64,000 nucleotides of DNA from Rhizophagus irregularis (lineage: Eukaryota): positions 496,001 through 560,000 of the forward strand of contig NC_089431.1 in the NCBI RefSeq assembly GCF_026210795.1. The letters are read 5' to 3'. The notes beneath the pieces were generated by a model. That model was not told the DNA's origin and ran no database searches. It saw only the letters and a list, made by a program, of their open reading frames with translations. This document shows positions 40,301 to 53,791 of this stretch, one piece after another (position 1 is the stretch's first letter; each line of letters opens with the position of its first letter). Both the position numbers and the translations under genes were made by a program.

Positions 40301-43300
40301 TATCATTTTATAGAAATTTAAAAAGATATCAAAATTATATCATTGTTAATATTAGAATAATTAAAATCTTTCTACTTTATAATTTATATCAGTCAATGAC
40401 AATTTTTGGATTAAAAATACTAAATTGTTTTCATGACATTGAGAATATTAGCAATTGACTCAAATGACATATAATGTGTCATTGTATCATTTATAATATA
40501 GAATACAAACAAATTTAAAAACATTTTAATAATTATACTGTACTGCGCCATTTTTGCGGAAATTTATTATTAAGAGAAATTTACTGTATATGAAATAGAC
40601 AAAGGCGCATTATTTTTTTTTTTTAAGAAAAATTATAAAAGTTCAACTTTTGTAATTGATTTACTTTTTTCCGGAGGGAGCGACTGAGCGAGTGAAAAAG
40701 CAGAACTCTATGCGAAATTAACAAGAAACAATGGATGGATTTTTTTAATGATTTCAACAGGTGGTAAATAATAATAGCAAGAATTAGCAGCGAAAATTAA
40801 TCTAAGATATTTCTTAGATGTATTAAATATTATTTAGCGATGAATCAGAATACTATCTATTTAAGACTATTTTTTTTAACATGTTACGACTTCGAAAAGT
40901 ATCGTCGATGATTTCATGAGATCGTTTGACACCACGTTGTCACGTGTTGGATCGTTGTGGGTGTCTTAACCGCATCACAAAGTATCATTGAAAAATTCAA
41001 TGAATTATAAGCTGATTCATATCATATGAAAAAAAGATACAATGTTATTTACACAGTATTTACCCTAAAACCGAGTTTAGATCGGTCCATCACATTATTT
41101 GTCATCAATAACGCTAATAATTAGTGAGACTTGCTACATTTAAAGATTTTCAATTCTTTATTATTAAGAAAACGAACGGATCAAATAAATCGTTAATTGT
41201 CGGTTTGTCGTATTTTTTTTTTTTTAGAAAATAAAGTTAAATTATTCATGTCAAGAGAGGGAAATCGAAGTGGAAAAATAAGATACGAAAAATGTCGAGT
41301 CAAAATAACATAAAAATTGGAATTTATATAATAGCTTAACATCTTAACATCGTGTCTTTTCCATACTATTTTTTACATCACTATACAAATATTATTAAAC
41401 AATATGCTTTATTTAATACGTTTCATTGAAAATTAATTTATATTGCCAAATAAATTTTATTTAATGAAATTTTCATATATAATAATTGTAACGTACAACA
41501 ATATGTATGGTATGTATTCTATTATTTATACTATACGGTATTATATAATATTATTATTTATAAAAAAATATATCATATTATTAAATATTTTTATAAATTA
41601 CTATAATAATACTATCAGTTATTATTTAATCAAATTCCAATTAGCAAATGTTCTGAACTAGTAGTATATTTAAGTTTTCTACAAGATCTTTTGTTATCAT
41701 AATTTTATATTCTTCTTCAGAGATCCCTAATACGGGACTTAAATTTTCCATCGCTACTTCATTATTATGAAATCCTATACAAATATCTTAACTTGATCAA
41801 CCATACCAATTTTATCGTTAAGTCCTAAAATATATACTAATTTTTCAACTTTATAAACTACTGGAGAATTTTAATTTGATTTAATTATTTTATCAAGATT
41901 TGGTATTACTATTTTCATATCTACTCTTCTTTGTAAACAAGCTGTAAATTTTTAAAAAAATAAAATCTTAGTCATTTCTTAGTAATGAATACTATGAAGT
42001 TTTGTTATTTTATAATAAATAAATTATTATTTATTTTTTATAAAAATTTCAATTATAAAAAAATATATATTGCAGGAAAAAAATATATATATAATTCTAA
42101 TAATTTTAAAATTTTAATAAAAATATGCATCAATTATCGCTCGAGTTGATTAATAATCGCATGATCGATTACATATTACATGATCGAATTTGTTTGATCA
42201 ATGTGTTTTGGATCAATTAAAATAATTATTCTCCATCTATACTGTTCCTAGGTAAAGTACATTTGTCACCAGTAAGTCGGTAAAACTACACTTAAAAACT
42301 TTACAATCCTAATTCTTTATAGTAATTATGAGAACAAACGGATGAATTATTAATTATTTGAATATAAAACTAAATTCAGTTATCCAAAGGAAAAATGTCA
42401 GGATTAAAGATCCCAATATAGGGTTTTTGTATTACATGATTTAACAATTAGGATCATATAATCTTACTTTGACAATTTTGATTTTAAGAAAAAGAATTTG
42501 GAACAAGCACATTTTATCGATTTAATTCTTAAATATTAATATTTTTTAAATACATGCATCATTTAACGGGCTAACACCTGATTACCAATCGGTGCTACTA
42601 TCACATTCCGCAGAAGAATAAATGTCATTAATAATTCTCAACCCATTATAAATTTTTAAATTTTACTATGTTTATTTAAACTTTGCACGAACAAAGATTA
42701 CAAAGATTCAACAATATTATGCTGCAATACGAAGTATGAGGTATTGATATAACAAATCAGCTGCATCAAATTTCCAACGCACGAATATCGTCTTCAAGTA
42801 TCTTTTTTATGATTAAAATCAGTACAAGTATAAAAATAAATAGTATGAGTATGATATTTCAATATTCTATGTAAATTATTAATGAAATACATTTAAGGCC
42901 TTTGAACAATAATTTTCCTTTGGAAAGATCACTTTCTAAATTATGTTCAGTAACAACATGATTTCCTCCAGCATTCAAATTTTTTTCGTGGTTAAATTAT
43001 TTAAAAATATGTAAAGTTAATTTCTTTCTTAAAATCGATTTTATTTATTTTATGGCCACCTAAATAAATTGTTTATTTGGTTTTCAAATTTTCAGACTCT
43101 TATTTTTTAAAGAAAAAAAAATTCGTGAATTTTTTTTTTTTCGTGAAATAGCAATGATGACAATTGTATCCGCAATAAATCTGGCGATTTATATATTATT
43201 AGTTATTTTATTTTTTTCTGAATTAGTTTAAATAATTATAAAACCATTACATGTTACAATTGAAAGTGTATCGACAGCAAAAAGTTACTTTACTTTTATG

Positions 43301-43779
43301 ATTATAAATATTAGTACACTTAATAATTTTTTAATATGAAATATATATATATATATCATCTACTAATAAATTTTTATATAATACCAGCTACCATATATAC
43401 TTTCAATTTGTAAAATGTATAATTTTTTTTTTAAAAAAAATAGGATCAACATAATACAATATTTTGATGATTAGGTTTCACGATGTTTCAATTAGGTAAT
43501 GACAATAATTGCGGCTGACAAAATTGTTGAATCTGATTGGTATTGATTGTAGCCTCATGATGTGCATAATACATGTTGTGCATATATTTTTGTATACATT
43601 TAGCTCTATAAAATAACTTTACGTTCACTAAATTTGTTTTAATAATTTTCATTTATTATAAAGTAAATAACAGTACCACACACATAACCAAAATTACTGT
43701 AATTAACACATTTATTTCGTAATTGATAAGTATAGAATCGTTAAAAAAGATATTCAAAAAAAAGTCAAGAAATACTAAT

Positions 43780-45659
43780 ATGGAAATTTTGAATAAAACA
43801 TCCAAAGAAAAACCAAGAAATTTATGGAAAGATGTTAATTGGAAAAAATATCAGGTAAATGCAATTTCACTTTATAATTTAAATAAATAATAAATCAAAT
43901 ATATTTTAATCATTTATTAGACTCATGTTACTGTTTCTTCTATTAATTCTGCCACTAAATCAGAAGAGATTGATGATAGTGTAATTTATATGGACGATAT
44001 AGAAAAAAGAAAAGAAGTATATGGTATATGTGGAGAATGTAACGAACCTGGTACAGGAGTAAAATGGTGTCAATCTTGTAATGCAAAAAAATTTGAAGAA
44101 AATTTTAAAAATTGGACTAGTGGAAATAAAGATATTGATGAATTAATACAACATTCACAACTTAATGCTGTAGAACATTCAAAATGTCTTGAATGGATAC
44201 CTTATGAAAAATTTCAAAATGTCACTTATATTACCAGAGGAGGCTTTGGTAAAATTTATTCAGCTGATTGGCCTGAAGGAAATATTGATCGTTGGGATAT
44301 CGAAAATCAAAAATGGCACCGATTTACAAGCAAAAAAGTTGCGTTAAAAAGTTTGGATAATTCTTCTGAAATTAGTACAGATTTTTTAAATGAGGTAACT
44401 AAATAAAAAATTAATTTATCATGTTATATTTAAATTGACATTATAATTTTTATTAAATTTTGTTTTTTTAAAAAAATTTTAATTTTTAGATCAAATCTTA
44501 TCTTCAGATTTATTTTCGGGGTATTGTTGGCTACTATGGAATAACTCAAGATCCAAATACCAAAGATTATATGATGGTTTTAAATTATTGTAAAAATGGA
44601 AATTTAAGAAATTTCTATTTAAATAAATATGATAATATAAAACTTTATAAATTATCAAGAATTGCATATGGACTATTAAATATCCATAATGCTGGAAAAG
44701 TCCATAAAGACTTTCATTCGGGTAATATATTGGAAGATATTACTATATATATAAGTGATTTAGGAATGTGTCAACCAGCAAATAATGAAGAGAAATCAGA
44801 TAAAAAAGAAGGAGTCTATGGAGTATTACCTTTTATGGCACCAGAAGTTTTACGTGGATATCAATATACAAAAGCAGCTGATATTTATTCATTTGGAATA
44901 ATTATGAATGAGTTCCTTTCTGAAGAAATTCCTTTTAATGATATTCCTCATGATCATATTTTAGCTATTAAAATATGTAAAGGACTTAGACCAAAAATTT
45001 CTGAACATATTCCAAAATTTCTTGTAGAATTAATTATGAAATGTTGGGATGCCAAAGCAGAAAATAGACCAACGGCTAAAGAATTGTATCAAATATTAAA
45101 AAAATGGAATGAAACAAAATTTAATGATGATGAAATTCATTCTCAAATGAGAGAATATGAAAAAATTAGAGAAAAAAAATTTAAAAACAGATCAAATGAA
45201 AATAAGTCTGAAAGTATTAAAACTCATCCTCAAGCAATCTATACCAGTAGACTTTTAAGTTTTAAAAATCTTCCAGAACCTGTAAATTCATCAGATTTAA
45301 CCTCTTTCCAAGTTAATTCAGGTAAATCTTCAATTTTAATTATGAAAAAATCTTATTCAAGTTTTAACATCAATTTTTTTTTAATAATAGATGATGTCCC
45401 ATCAGTATCAACAAATCTAAGTAAGTATAACCATTAATACTTTTTTTATTATAAATTTATATTTTTTTATTTTAACATTATTTTATTATTTATTTTATAG
45501 TTTCAGAATGCTTTGATGTTCAACTTAGCGAATCAGGTAAAATGATTTATTGGAGTGATTTATTATTTTATTAATAGTTTTCTCGTAAAATTCGTCTAAT
45601 TTATTTAATTATTTCCAATAATAGATCTCGATGGGATTAATCAAGAAGAAGAAATTTGA
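43780..45659 (+). CDS. TKL kinase K4 (six exons, intact acidic tail)
   Basis: ATG 43780; kinase exons match ORFs 43990 and 44571; three tail micro-exons give DDVPSVSTNL-ISECFDVQLSES-DLDGINQEEEI, stop at 45659. Confidence 0.92.
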
Positions 45660-48081
45660 GTCTTAAATTAGTTACAGTAGGTTTTTTCGGGAATAGCCAG
45701 AATAAATTTAAAGATAGTACTTATAAACTTTAGTATTATGTCTTGGTGGAAATTTTTATGGGTAAGATCAAATAGGCAAAAAAAAAAAGTTTATTATATA
45801 GTATATTATTTATAGCATATATAGCTAGACGCTCAACTTTGATTACAGAATGACATCATGATAAAAAAAAATTACGATAGAAAATCTTTAAGTTAGTTGG
45901 TTTATTAAACATTAAGAAACCTTAAAATTAGTTGCAACCAACTGAAGCAAATAATTTTAAGTTTGCTATTATCTTTCATTAAAATTATATTTATTATTTT
46001 TTTTATCCGAATAAATTTTTAAATAGAAAAATTTTTTATTCTTTTTAAAAACTAGTTGTCTAAGTTTTCAATTAATTCAGAATTATTTTTTTGAGGTGGG
46101 TTAAAAAAATTGTACATTTTCTTTTATGAAACAGAAACTGCAATCGTATCCGCAGTAATCACTCTAGAAAAAACGTTAGCATCTTTTATTTCTTTCCAAT
46201 ACAAGTTTAATAGAGCATATACTCAACAATGTTAAAGGACAAAAATAATTAAATTGACCGAAATATGATCCGGATAAGAATTTTTAAGGAATAAAATTCG
46301 CAATTGCGACCGAAAGAAATTTCAAATATCATTGAAAATTCAGGCATTGATTAACCATACCAATTTTACCATATTATTTTCATATCTATTCCTCTTTGTA
46401 AACAAGATGAAATGTCCATAAATTTTAAAAAAAAATAAATCTTAGTCATTTCTTAATAAATATGTTGAAGATAAGATATGGTAATAATTAATTTACTTAT
46501 GTGTTTCATGTATTTTACTTAAAAATTGACCTAATTCATTTAAATGTACTATGTACTTTCATATTCATCAGTTTTGTTATTCTATAATAAATTAATATTC
46601 ATTTTTATAGAAATTTCAATTTATAAAAAATATATATGAGGGAAAAAAAATGAAATTGGTAACGAGCTTTCTCTATTATAATTCTAATCACTTTAAAAAT
46701 TTTATTAAAAGTATGCCTAAAAGTATGCCTCGATCAATGATCGATCTAGTTGATTAATCACATGATCGATTACATATGACAGGGTCAAATTTGTTCGATC
46801 GGATCAATTAAAATCACTACTCTAATCCCACCCATACTACTACACCTAGGTACAGTACATTTTTCACCGGTAATTCTGGTAAAATAGCGTGTCTTGCTAC
46901 ACTTAAAACTTTATAATCCTAATCCTTTATAATTATGAGAACAAACATGAATTATTAATCACCGGTTATGACCGACTGGTGCATGTCATGAATTACATGT
47001 TATGTCTTTGCGTATTTACTATCACACCCGAAGAAGAATAAATGTTGTCATTAATAACTCATAATCATTATAAATTTCTAAATTTTACTATGTTTATTTA
47101 AACCTTGTGCGAACAAAGATTACAAAGATTTAACAGTAATATACTGCAATACGAACTACTATAATGTGTTGATATAACAAATGGCACTACAAACCAGCTG
47201 CACCAAATATTTTTCCAACGCATGGATATCGTCTTCAAAAATCTTTTTTATGATTAAAATCAGTATAATTATAAAATAAATATGAGTATTAATATTCTAT
47301 GTAGATTATTAATAAAATACACCTAAATACCTTTGGTAATAATTTTCCTTTGCCAGGCTAACTTTCTAAATTATGGTCTGATTTCTTCCATTCAAATTTT
47401 TTCGTGATTAAATTATTTAAATATATGTAGTTAATTTCTTCCTTAAAATCGATTTTATTTATTTTATGGCCACCTAAATAAATTGTTTATTTGTTTTTCA
47501 AATTTTCAGACTCTTATTTTAAAAAAATTCGTGAATTTTTTTTTTCGTGAAATTGCAATGAATAAATCTGGCGATTTATATCTTAATTAATTAATTTATT
47601 TTTTTCTAAATTAGTTTAAACAATTATAAAACCTTATAAATATTGGTATACTTAATAATTTTTTAATAAGAAATATGTATATATATCTAATAAATTTTAT
47701 ATAATACCAGCTACCATATATACTTCAATTTGTAAAATGTATAAAAAAAAAAATTGGATCAACATGAATCTTGTAATACAATATTTTAATGATTAGGTTT
47801 CACGATGTTTCAATTAGGTAATGACATTAAAAATGTGCGGCTGACAAAATTGTTGAATCTGATTGGTATGGATTGTAGCCTCAGGATGTGCATGATACAT
47901 GTTGTGCATATTTTTGTATACATTTAGCTCTATAAAATAACTTTACGTTTACTAAATTTGTTTTAATAATTTTCATTTATTATAAAGTAACTAAAATTAC
48001 TGTAACCAACACATTTATTTCGTAATTGTTAAGTGTGTAATCGTTAAAAAAGATATTCAAAAAAAGCCAAGAAATACTAGT

Positions 48082-49708
48082 ATGGAAATTTTGAATAAAA
48101 CATCCAAAGAAGAAGCAAATTTATGGAAAGTTGTTAATTGGAACATATATCAGGTAAATGCGATTTCACTTTATAATTTATCATTTTAAATATTATTATA
48201 AATAACCAATATATTATAATAATTTATCAAGAATCATGTTACAGTTTCTTCTATTGATTCTGCCACTAAATCAGAAGAGATTGATGTTAGAGTAATCTAT
48301 ATGGATGAAATTGAAACAAGAAAAAAGGTATATGGTATATGTGGAGAATGTAACGAACCTGGCACAGGAGAAAAATGGTGTCAACCTTGTAATGCAAAAA
48401 GGTTTAGGGAAAATTTTAAAAATTGGACTAGTGGAAATAAAGATATTGATGAATTAATACAACATTCACAACTTAATGCTGTACATTATAAAACATGTCT
48501 TGAATGGATACCTTTTGAGAAATTTCAAAATGTCACTTATATTACCAGAGGAGGCTTTGGTAAAATTTATTCAGCTGAATGGTCTGGAGGTTATATTGGT
48601 TATTGGGATATTGAAAATCAAAAATGGTACCGATTTACAAATAAAAAAGTTGCGCTAAAAAGCTTAGATAATTCTTCAGATATTAGTACTGATTTTTTAA
48701 ATGAGGTAATTAAATAAAAAAATTAATTTATTGTGATATTTAAGTTTTCAAATAATTTTCATTGGACATTTTTTAAATTTAAATTATTAGATCAAATCTT
48801 ATCTTCAGATTTATATTCGGAATATTGTGTTCTGCTATGGAATAACTCGAGATCCAAATACAAAAGATTATATTATGGTTTTATATTATTGTGAAAATGG
48901 AAATTTAAGAAATTTCTATTTAAATAATTCTAATGATAACACAAAACTTTATAGATTATTAAGAATTGTAAATGGACTGTTAAATATCCATAATGCTGGA
49001 AAAGTTCATAAAGACTTTCATTCTGGCAATATATTGGAAGGTGGGTCTTTTTATGTAAGTGATTTAGGAATGTGTCAACCAGCAAATAATAAAGAGAAAT
49101 CAGACAAAAAAAAAGGCGTTTATGGAGTATTACCTTATATGGCACCAGAAGTTTTACGTGGATATCAATATACAAAAGCAGCTGATATTTATTCATTTGG
49201 AATAATTATGAATGAGTACCTTTCTGAAGAAATTCCTTTTAATGATATTCCTCATGATCATATTTTAGCCGTTAAAATATGTGAAGGACTTAGACCAAAA
49301 ATTTTTGAGGATATTCCAAAATTTCTTGTAGATTTAATTATGAAATGTTGGGATGCTAAAGCAGAAAATAGACCATCTGCTAAAGAATTGTACCAAATAT
49401 TAAAGAAATGGAAGGAAACACATGACTATTATTCTCAAATGTGGGAATATGATAATAAAATTGGAGAAAAAAAATTGAAAAACAAATTAAATGAAAATAA
49501 GTCTGAAAGTATTAAAACTCATCCTCAAGCAATCTATACAAGCAGACTGTTAAATTTTAAAAATCTTCCAGAACCAGTAAATTCATCAGATTTATCATCA
49601 TTTCAAGTTAATTCGGGTAAATTTTTAATTTTAATTATGAAAAAATCTTATTCAAGTTTTAACGATATCAAATTTTTTTTAATAATAGATCAGTATCAGC
49701 AAATATAA
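48082..49708 (+). CDS. TKL kinase K5
   Basis: ATG 48082; intact catalytic motifs (HKDFHSGN, SDLG, APE); the first tail micro-exon has a deletion giving DQYQQI, stop at 49708. Confidence 0.9.
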
Positions 49709-50960
49709 GTAAGTATAATCATTAATACTTTTTTTAATAAATTATATTTTTATTTTAACGTCATTTTATTGTTTAATTTATAGTTTCAGAATGCTTAGAT
49801 TGTTCAATTTAGCGAATCAGGTAAAATGATTTATTGGAGTGATTTATTATTTTATTAATAGTTTTCTCGTCAAATTCGTCTAATTTATTTAATTATTTCC
49901 AATAATAGATCTCGATGAGATTAATCAAGAAGAAGAAATTTGAGTCTTAAATTAGTTACAGTAGGTTTTCTCGGGAATAGCCAGAATAAATTTAAAGATA
50001 GTACTTATAAACTTTAGTATAATGTTTTGGTGGAAATTTTTATGGGTAAGATCAAATAGCCAAAAAAAAAAGTTTATTATATATATTATTTATAGTATAT
50101 ATAGCTAGACGCTCAACTTTGATTGCAGAATTACATCATGATAAAAAAAAATTACGATAGAAAATCTTTAAGTTAGCTGGTTTATTAAACATTAAGAAAC
50201 CTTAAAATTAGTTGCAAACATGCAAATAATTTAAAGTTTACTATTATCTTTCATTAACAGTAATTTATTTTTATATTTATTATTACAGTAGTTTTTTTAT
50301 CCGAATAAATTTTTTTTTTGTTCTTTTTAAAAACTAGTTATCTAAGTTTTCAATTAATTCAAAATTATTTTTTTAAGGTGGGGTTAAAAAAATCGTATAT
50401 TTTCTTTCATAAAACAGAAACTGCAATCGTATCCGCAGTAAAAAACATTAGCATCTTTTATATTCCAATACAACAAGTATAATAGAACATATAATAATTA
50501 AATTGACCGAAAATATAATCCGGTTAAGAATTTTTAAGGAATAAAATTTGCAATTTTAATTTCCTCACGCAATTGCGACCGAAAAAAATTTCAAATATCA
50601 TTGAAAATTCAGGCATTGATTAACCATACCAATTTTACCATATCAGATATTATTTTCATATCTATCCCTCTTTGTAAAAAAAATGAAATGTCCATAATTT
50701 TTTTTAAAAAATAAATCTTAGTTATTTCTTAATAAATATGTTGAAGATATGGTAATAATTAATTTACTTATGTGTTTCGTGTATTTTACTTAAAAATTGA
50801 CCTAATTCATTTAAATGTACTATGTGCTTTCATATCCATCAGTTTTGTTATTCTATAATAAATTAATATTTGTTTTTATAGAAATTTCAATTTATATAAA
50901 AAATATATATGAGGGGGGGAAAAATGAAATTGGTAACGAGCTTCTCTATAATATATAATT

Positions 50961-51160
50961 CCCCTATAAAAAATTTTTATCCGAATATTTCCACTATTTC
51001 TCCGTGACTTCCGTAAAAATTCCGTGAAAATGATACATTCACGGATATCCGTGTTAGGGAGATGAAAATTTCCATAATTTAAGGCTATAAATTCCATTAA
51101 AATGATACATTCACGGAAAAAATATGGAAAGATAAAACACGGATCAGATTTTTTACAGGG
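50961..51160. mobile_element. 200-bp MITE, CCC termini, 2-bp TSD (EnSpm/CACTA-superfamily-like)
   Basis: ccctataaaaaat / attttttacaggg; tt duplicated; empty site ataattctaat at ~46678. Confidence 0.75.
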
Positions 51161-51926
51161 TTCTAATTACTACTTTACCTAAAAGTATGCCTTGATCGAT
51201 CAAGTTGATTAATCACATGATTGATTACATATGACAGGGTCAAATTTGTTCGATCGAAAATCACTCTAATCCCATACATACTACTACACCTAGGTACAGT
51301 ACATTTTTAACCGGTAATTCCGGTAAAATAGCGTGTCTTGCTACACTTAAAACTTTATAATCCTAATCCTTTATAATTATGAAAACAAGCATGAATTATT
51401 AATCAAACGGTCGGTCGGTCAAAAGTAAGGTTCTTGACCGGTTTTGACCGACTGATGCGTGTCATGAAACATTATTTACAACGTCGCTTTCTTCTAGTAT
51501 TTACTATCACACCCGAAAAAGAATAAATGTTGTCATTAATAACTCACAATTCATTATAAATTTTTAAATTTTAAATTTTACTATGTTTATTTAAACCTTG
51601 TACGAACAAAGATTACAAAGATTTAACAGTAATATACCGCAATACGAACTACTATAAAATGTTGATATAACAAATGGCACTACAAATCAGCTGCACCAAA
51701 TATTTTTCCAACGCATGAATATCGTCTTTAAAAATCTTTTTTACGATTAAAATCAGTATAATTATATAATAAATATGAGTATTAATATTATATGTACAGT
51801 AGATTATTAATAAAATACACCTAAATACCTTTGGTAATAATTTTCCTTTTGCAGGGTAACTTTCTAAATTATGATCAGTGACATGATTTCCTTCACCAAA
51901 AATTTTTTTTGTGGTCAAATTTAAAA

Positions 51927-53056
51927 GGGTGAATTTATATTCCTCACCCTTCGATCCGGATGAAAACCGTCATTCAGGTTACACAAAAAGATCCGGATTG
52001 GATTTATAACTGATCGGCAATAATTCCGGCTGGAATTCATAACGCCGGCCAGAATTACAAATTTGTGTAACATTAAAATTTTCGTGCCACTATTCTTAGA
52101 TTCTTATCATAGCCAATAAAAAATTTTTATCCGGTGGCTAAACTATTTTTCCGGTATCACGTGATATAAATTTCGGCCAGAATTACAATTTGGCCAAAAT
52201 TATCTAAGACCGCGATTCATAATTCCAATTTTATTTAATACTTTTTTTTAAAGCAATTTTATATTATTTCAGCATTGTCTCAGACTATTGTTTAAAATTT
52301 TTCTATAAATTAACTAATTATGAAATTTTGGATAAACAAGATATTTTATTTACAACTAAAGATTACTATAGATAGATGTGTTGAGTTAGAAGGCAATTTT
52401 TAAAATGTTAAAATGTGATTTGTTTTCTTCTTTCAAAAATTAAAGAATCATTTGAATCAAATTATATAACACTAAGGTTTTAATTTTTTAAAAAAAAGTT
52501 GTTATAATTATATAAATTTTATAATATCTCAATTTTTTTGTAATTTGATCTGAATAATTTTTCAGTTGACCGACATGTGATGTTGGTGTTTTCACTTTTC
52601 TTTAATGAAAGAAAATATACATATTTCTATAAATAATTTGTAAATCTTAATTATATAAAGTTACGGTGCTATGCAAAAAAAATAAATAAATAAAGATTCA
52701 TCCGGATTCCGATTTAAACCGGATATTTTTCATTTAGATTATAATCCGGATGAAAACTGCAAAATCCGGATATCCGAAAAAAAAATATCCGGATATGGAT
52801 CGAAGCACTAATTTGAATCATTCGATATTCCTCACCCCAAGTCATAAATTGTCAAAAATGTCAAAAATGTTATTCATAACCTTTCTTAAGGTATTAAGTA
52901 AAGAGCAGTCAAAATTACCTATAAGTCATAATTTTGAAGGCTATACGAAGCTTATATTAAGTTTTATTTTAAAAATTTTTTTTCCATAACATGACGTCAT
53001 TTTTATATATATTAAATTCGGGGGAGAAATCACCCGGGTGAGAAATAAATTTTTTC
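51927..53056. mobile_element. Nested non-autonomous elements upstream of K6
   Basis: atttaaaa duplicated (51919-51926, 53057-53064); outer ends aatttatattcctcaccc / gggtgagaaataaatt. Inner segment 51950-52824 has atccggat repeats and a hAT-like end ggatcgaagcacta, bounded by duplicated atattcctcaccc. Confidence 0.65.
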
Positions 53057-53791
53057 ATTTAAAAATATGTGAAGTTAATTTTTTCTTAAAAATCGATTCA
53101 ATTTATTTATTTTATGGTTTTTTTTTTATTTTCTAATTGAAGTATCAAACGAAAATCTCTTTCTTTATATGGCCACCTAAATAAATTGTTTATCTGGTTT
53201 TCAAATTTTCAGACTCTTATTTTAAAAAATTTGTGAATTTTTTTTTTCGTGAAATTGCGATGGCATCCGCAATAAATCTGGCGATTTATAACTTATTAAT
53301 TAATTTATTTTTTTCTAAATTAGTTTAAACAATTATAAAACCATTACATGTTACAATTGAAAGTGTATCGACAGCAAAAGTTACTTTTATGATTATAAAT
53401 ATTGGTACACTTAATAATTTTTTAATAAGAAATATGTATATATATCTAATAAATTTTATATAATACCAGCTACCATATATACTTCAATTTGTAAAATGAA
53501 TAATTTAATAAAAAAAAAAAATGTGCGGCTGACAAAATTGTTGAATCTGATTGGTATGGATTGTAGCCTCAGGATGTGCATGATACATGTTGTGCATATT
53601 TTTGTATACATTTAGCTATATAAAATAACTTTACGTTCACTAAAATTTGTTTTAATACTTTTCATTTATTATAAAGTAAATAACAGTAGTAACACATATA
53701 ACTAAAATTACTGTAATTAACATTTATTTCGTAATTGATAAGTATGGAGTCGTTAAAAAAGATATTCAAAAAAATGTCAAGAAATACTAAT

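Noticed and set aside
37400..41000. Intergenic stretch with short AT-rich ORFs
   Set aside because: No recognisable coding motifs; only repeat remnants (e.g. 39285-39430).
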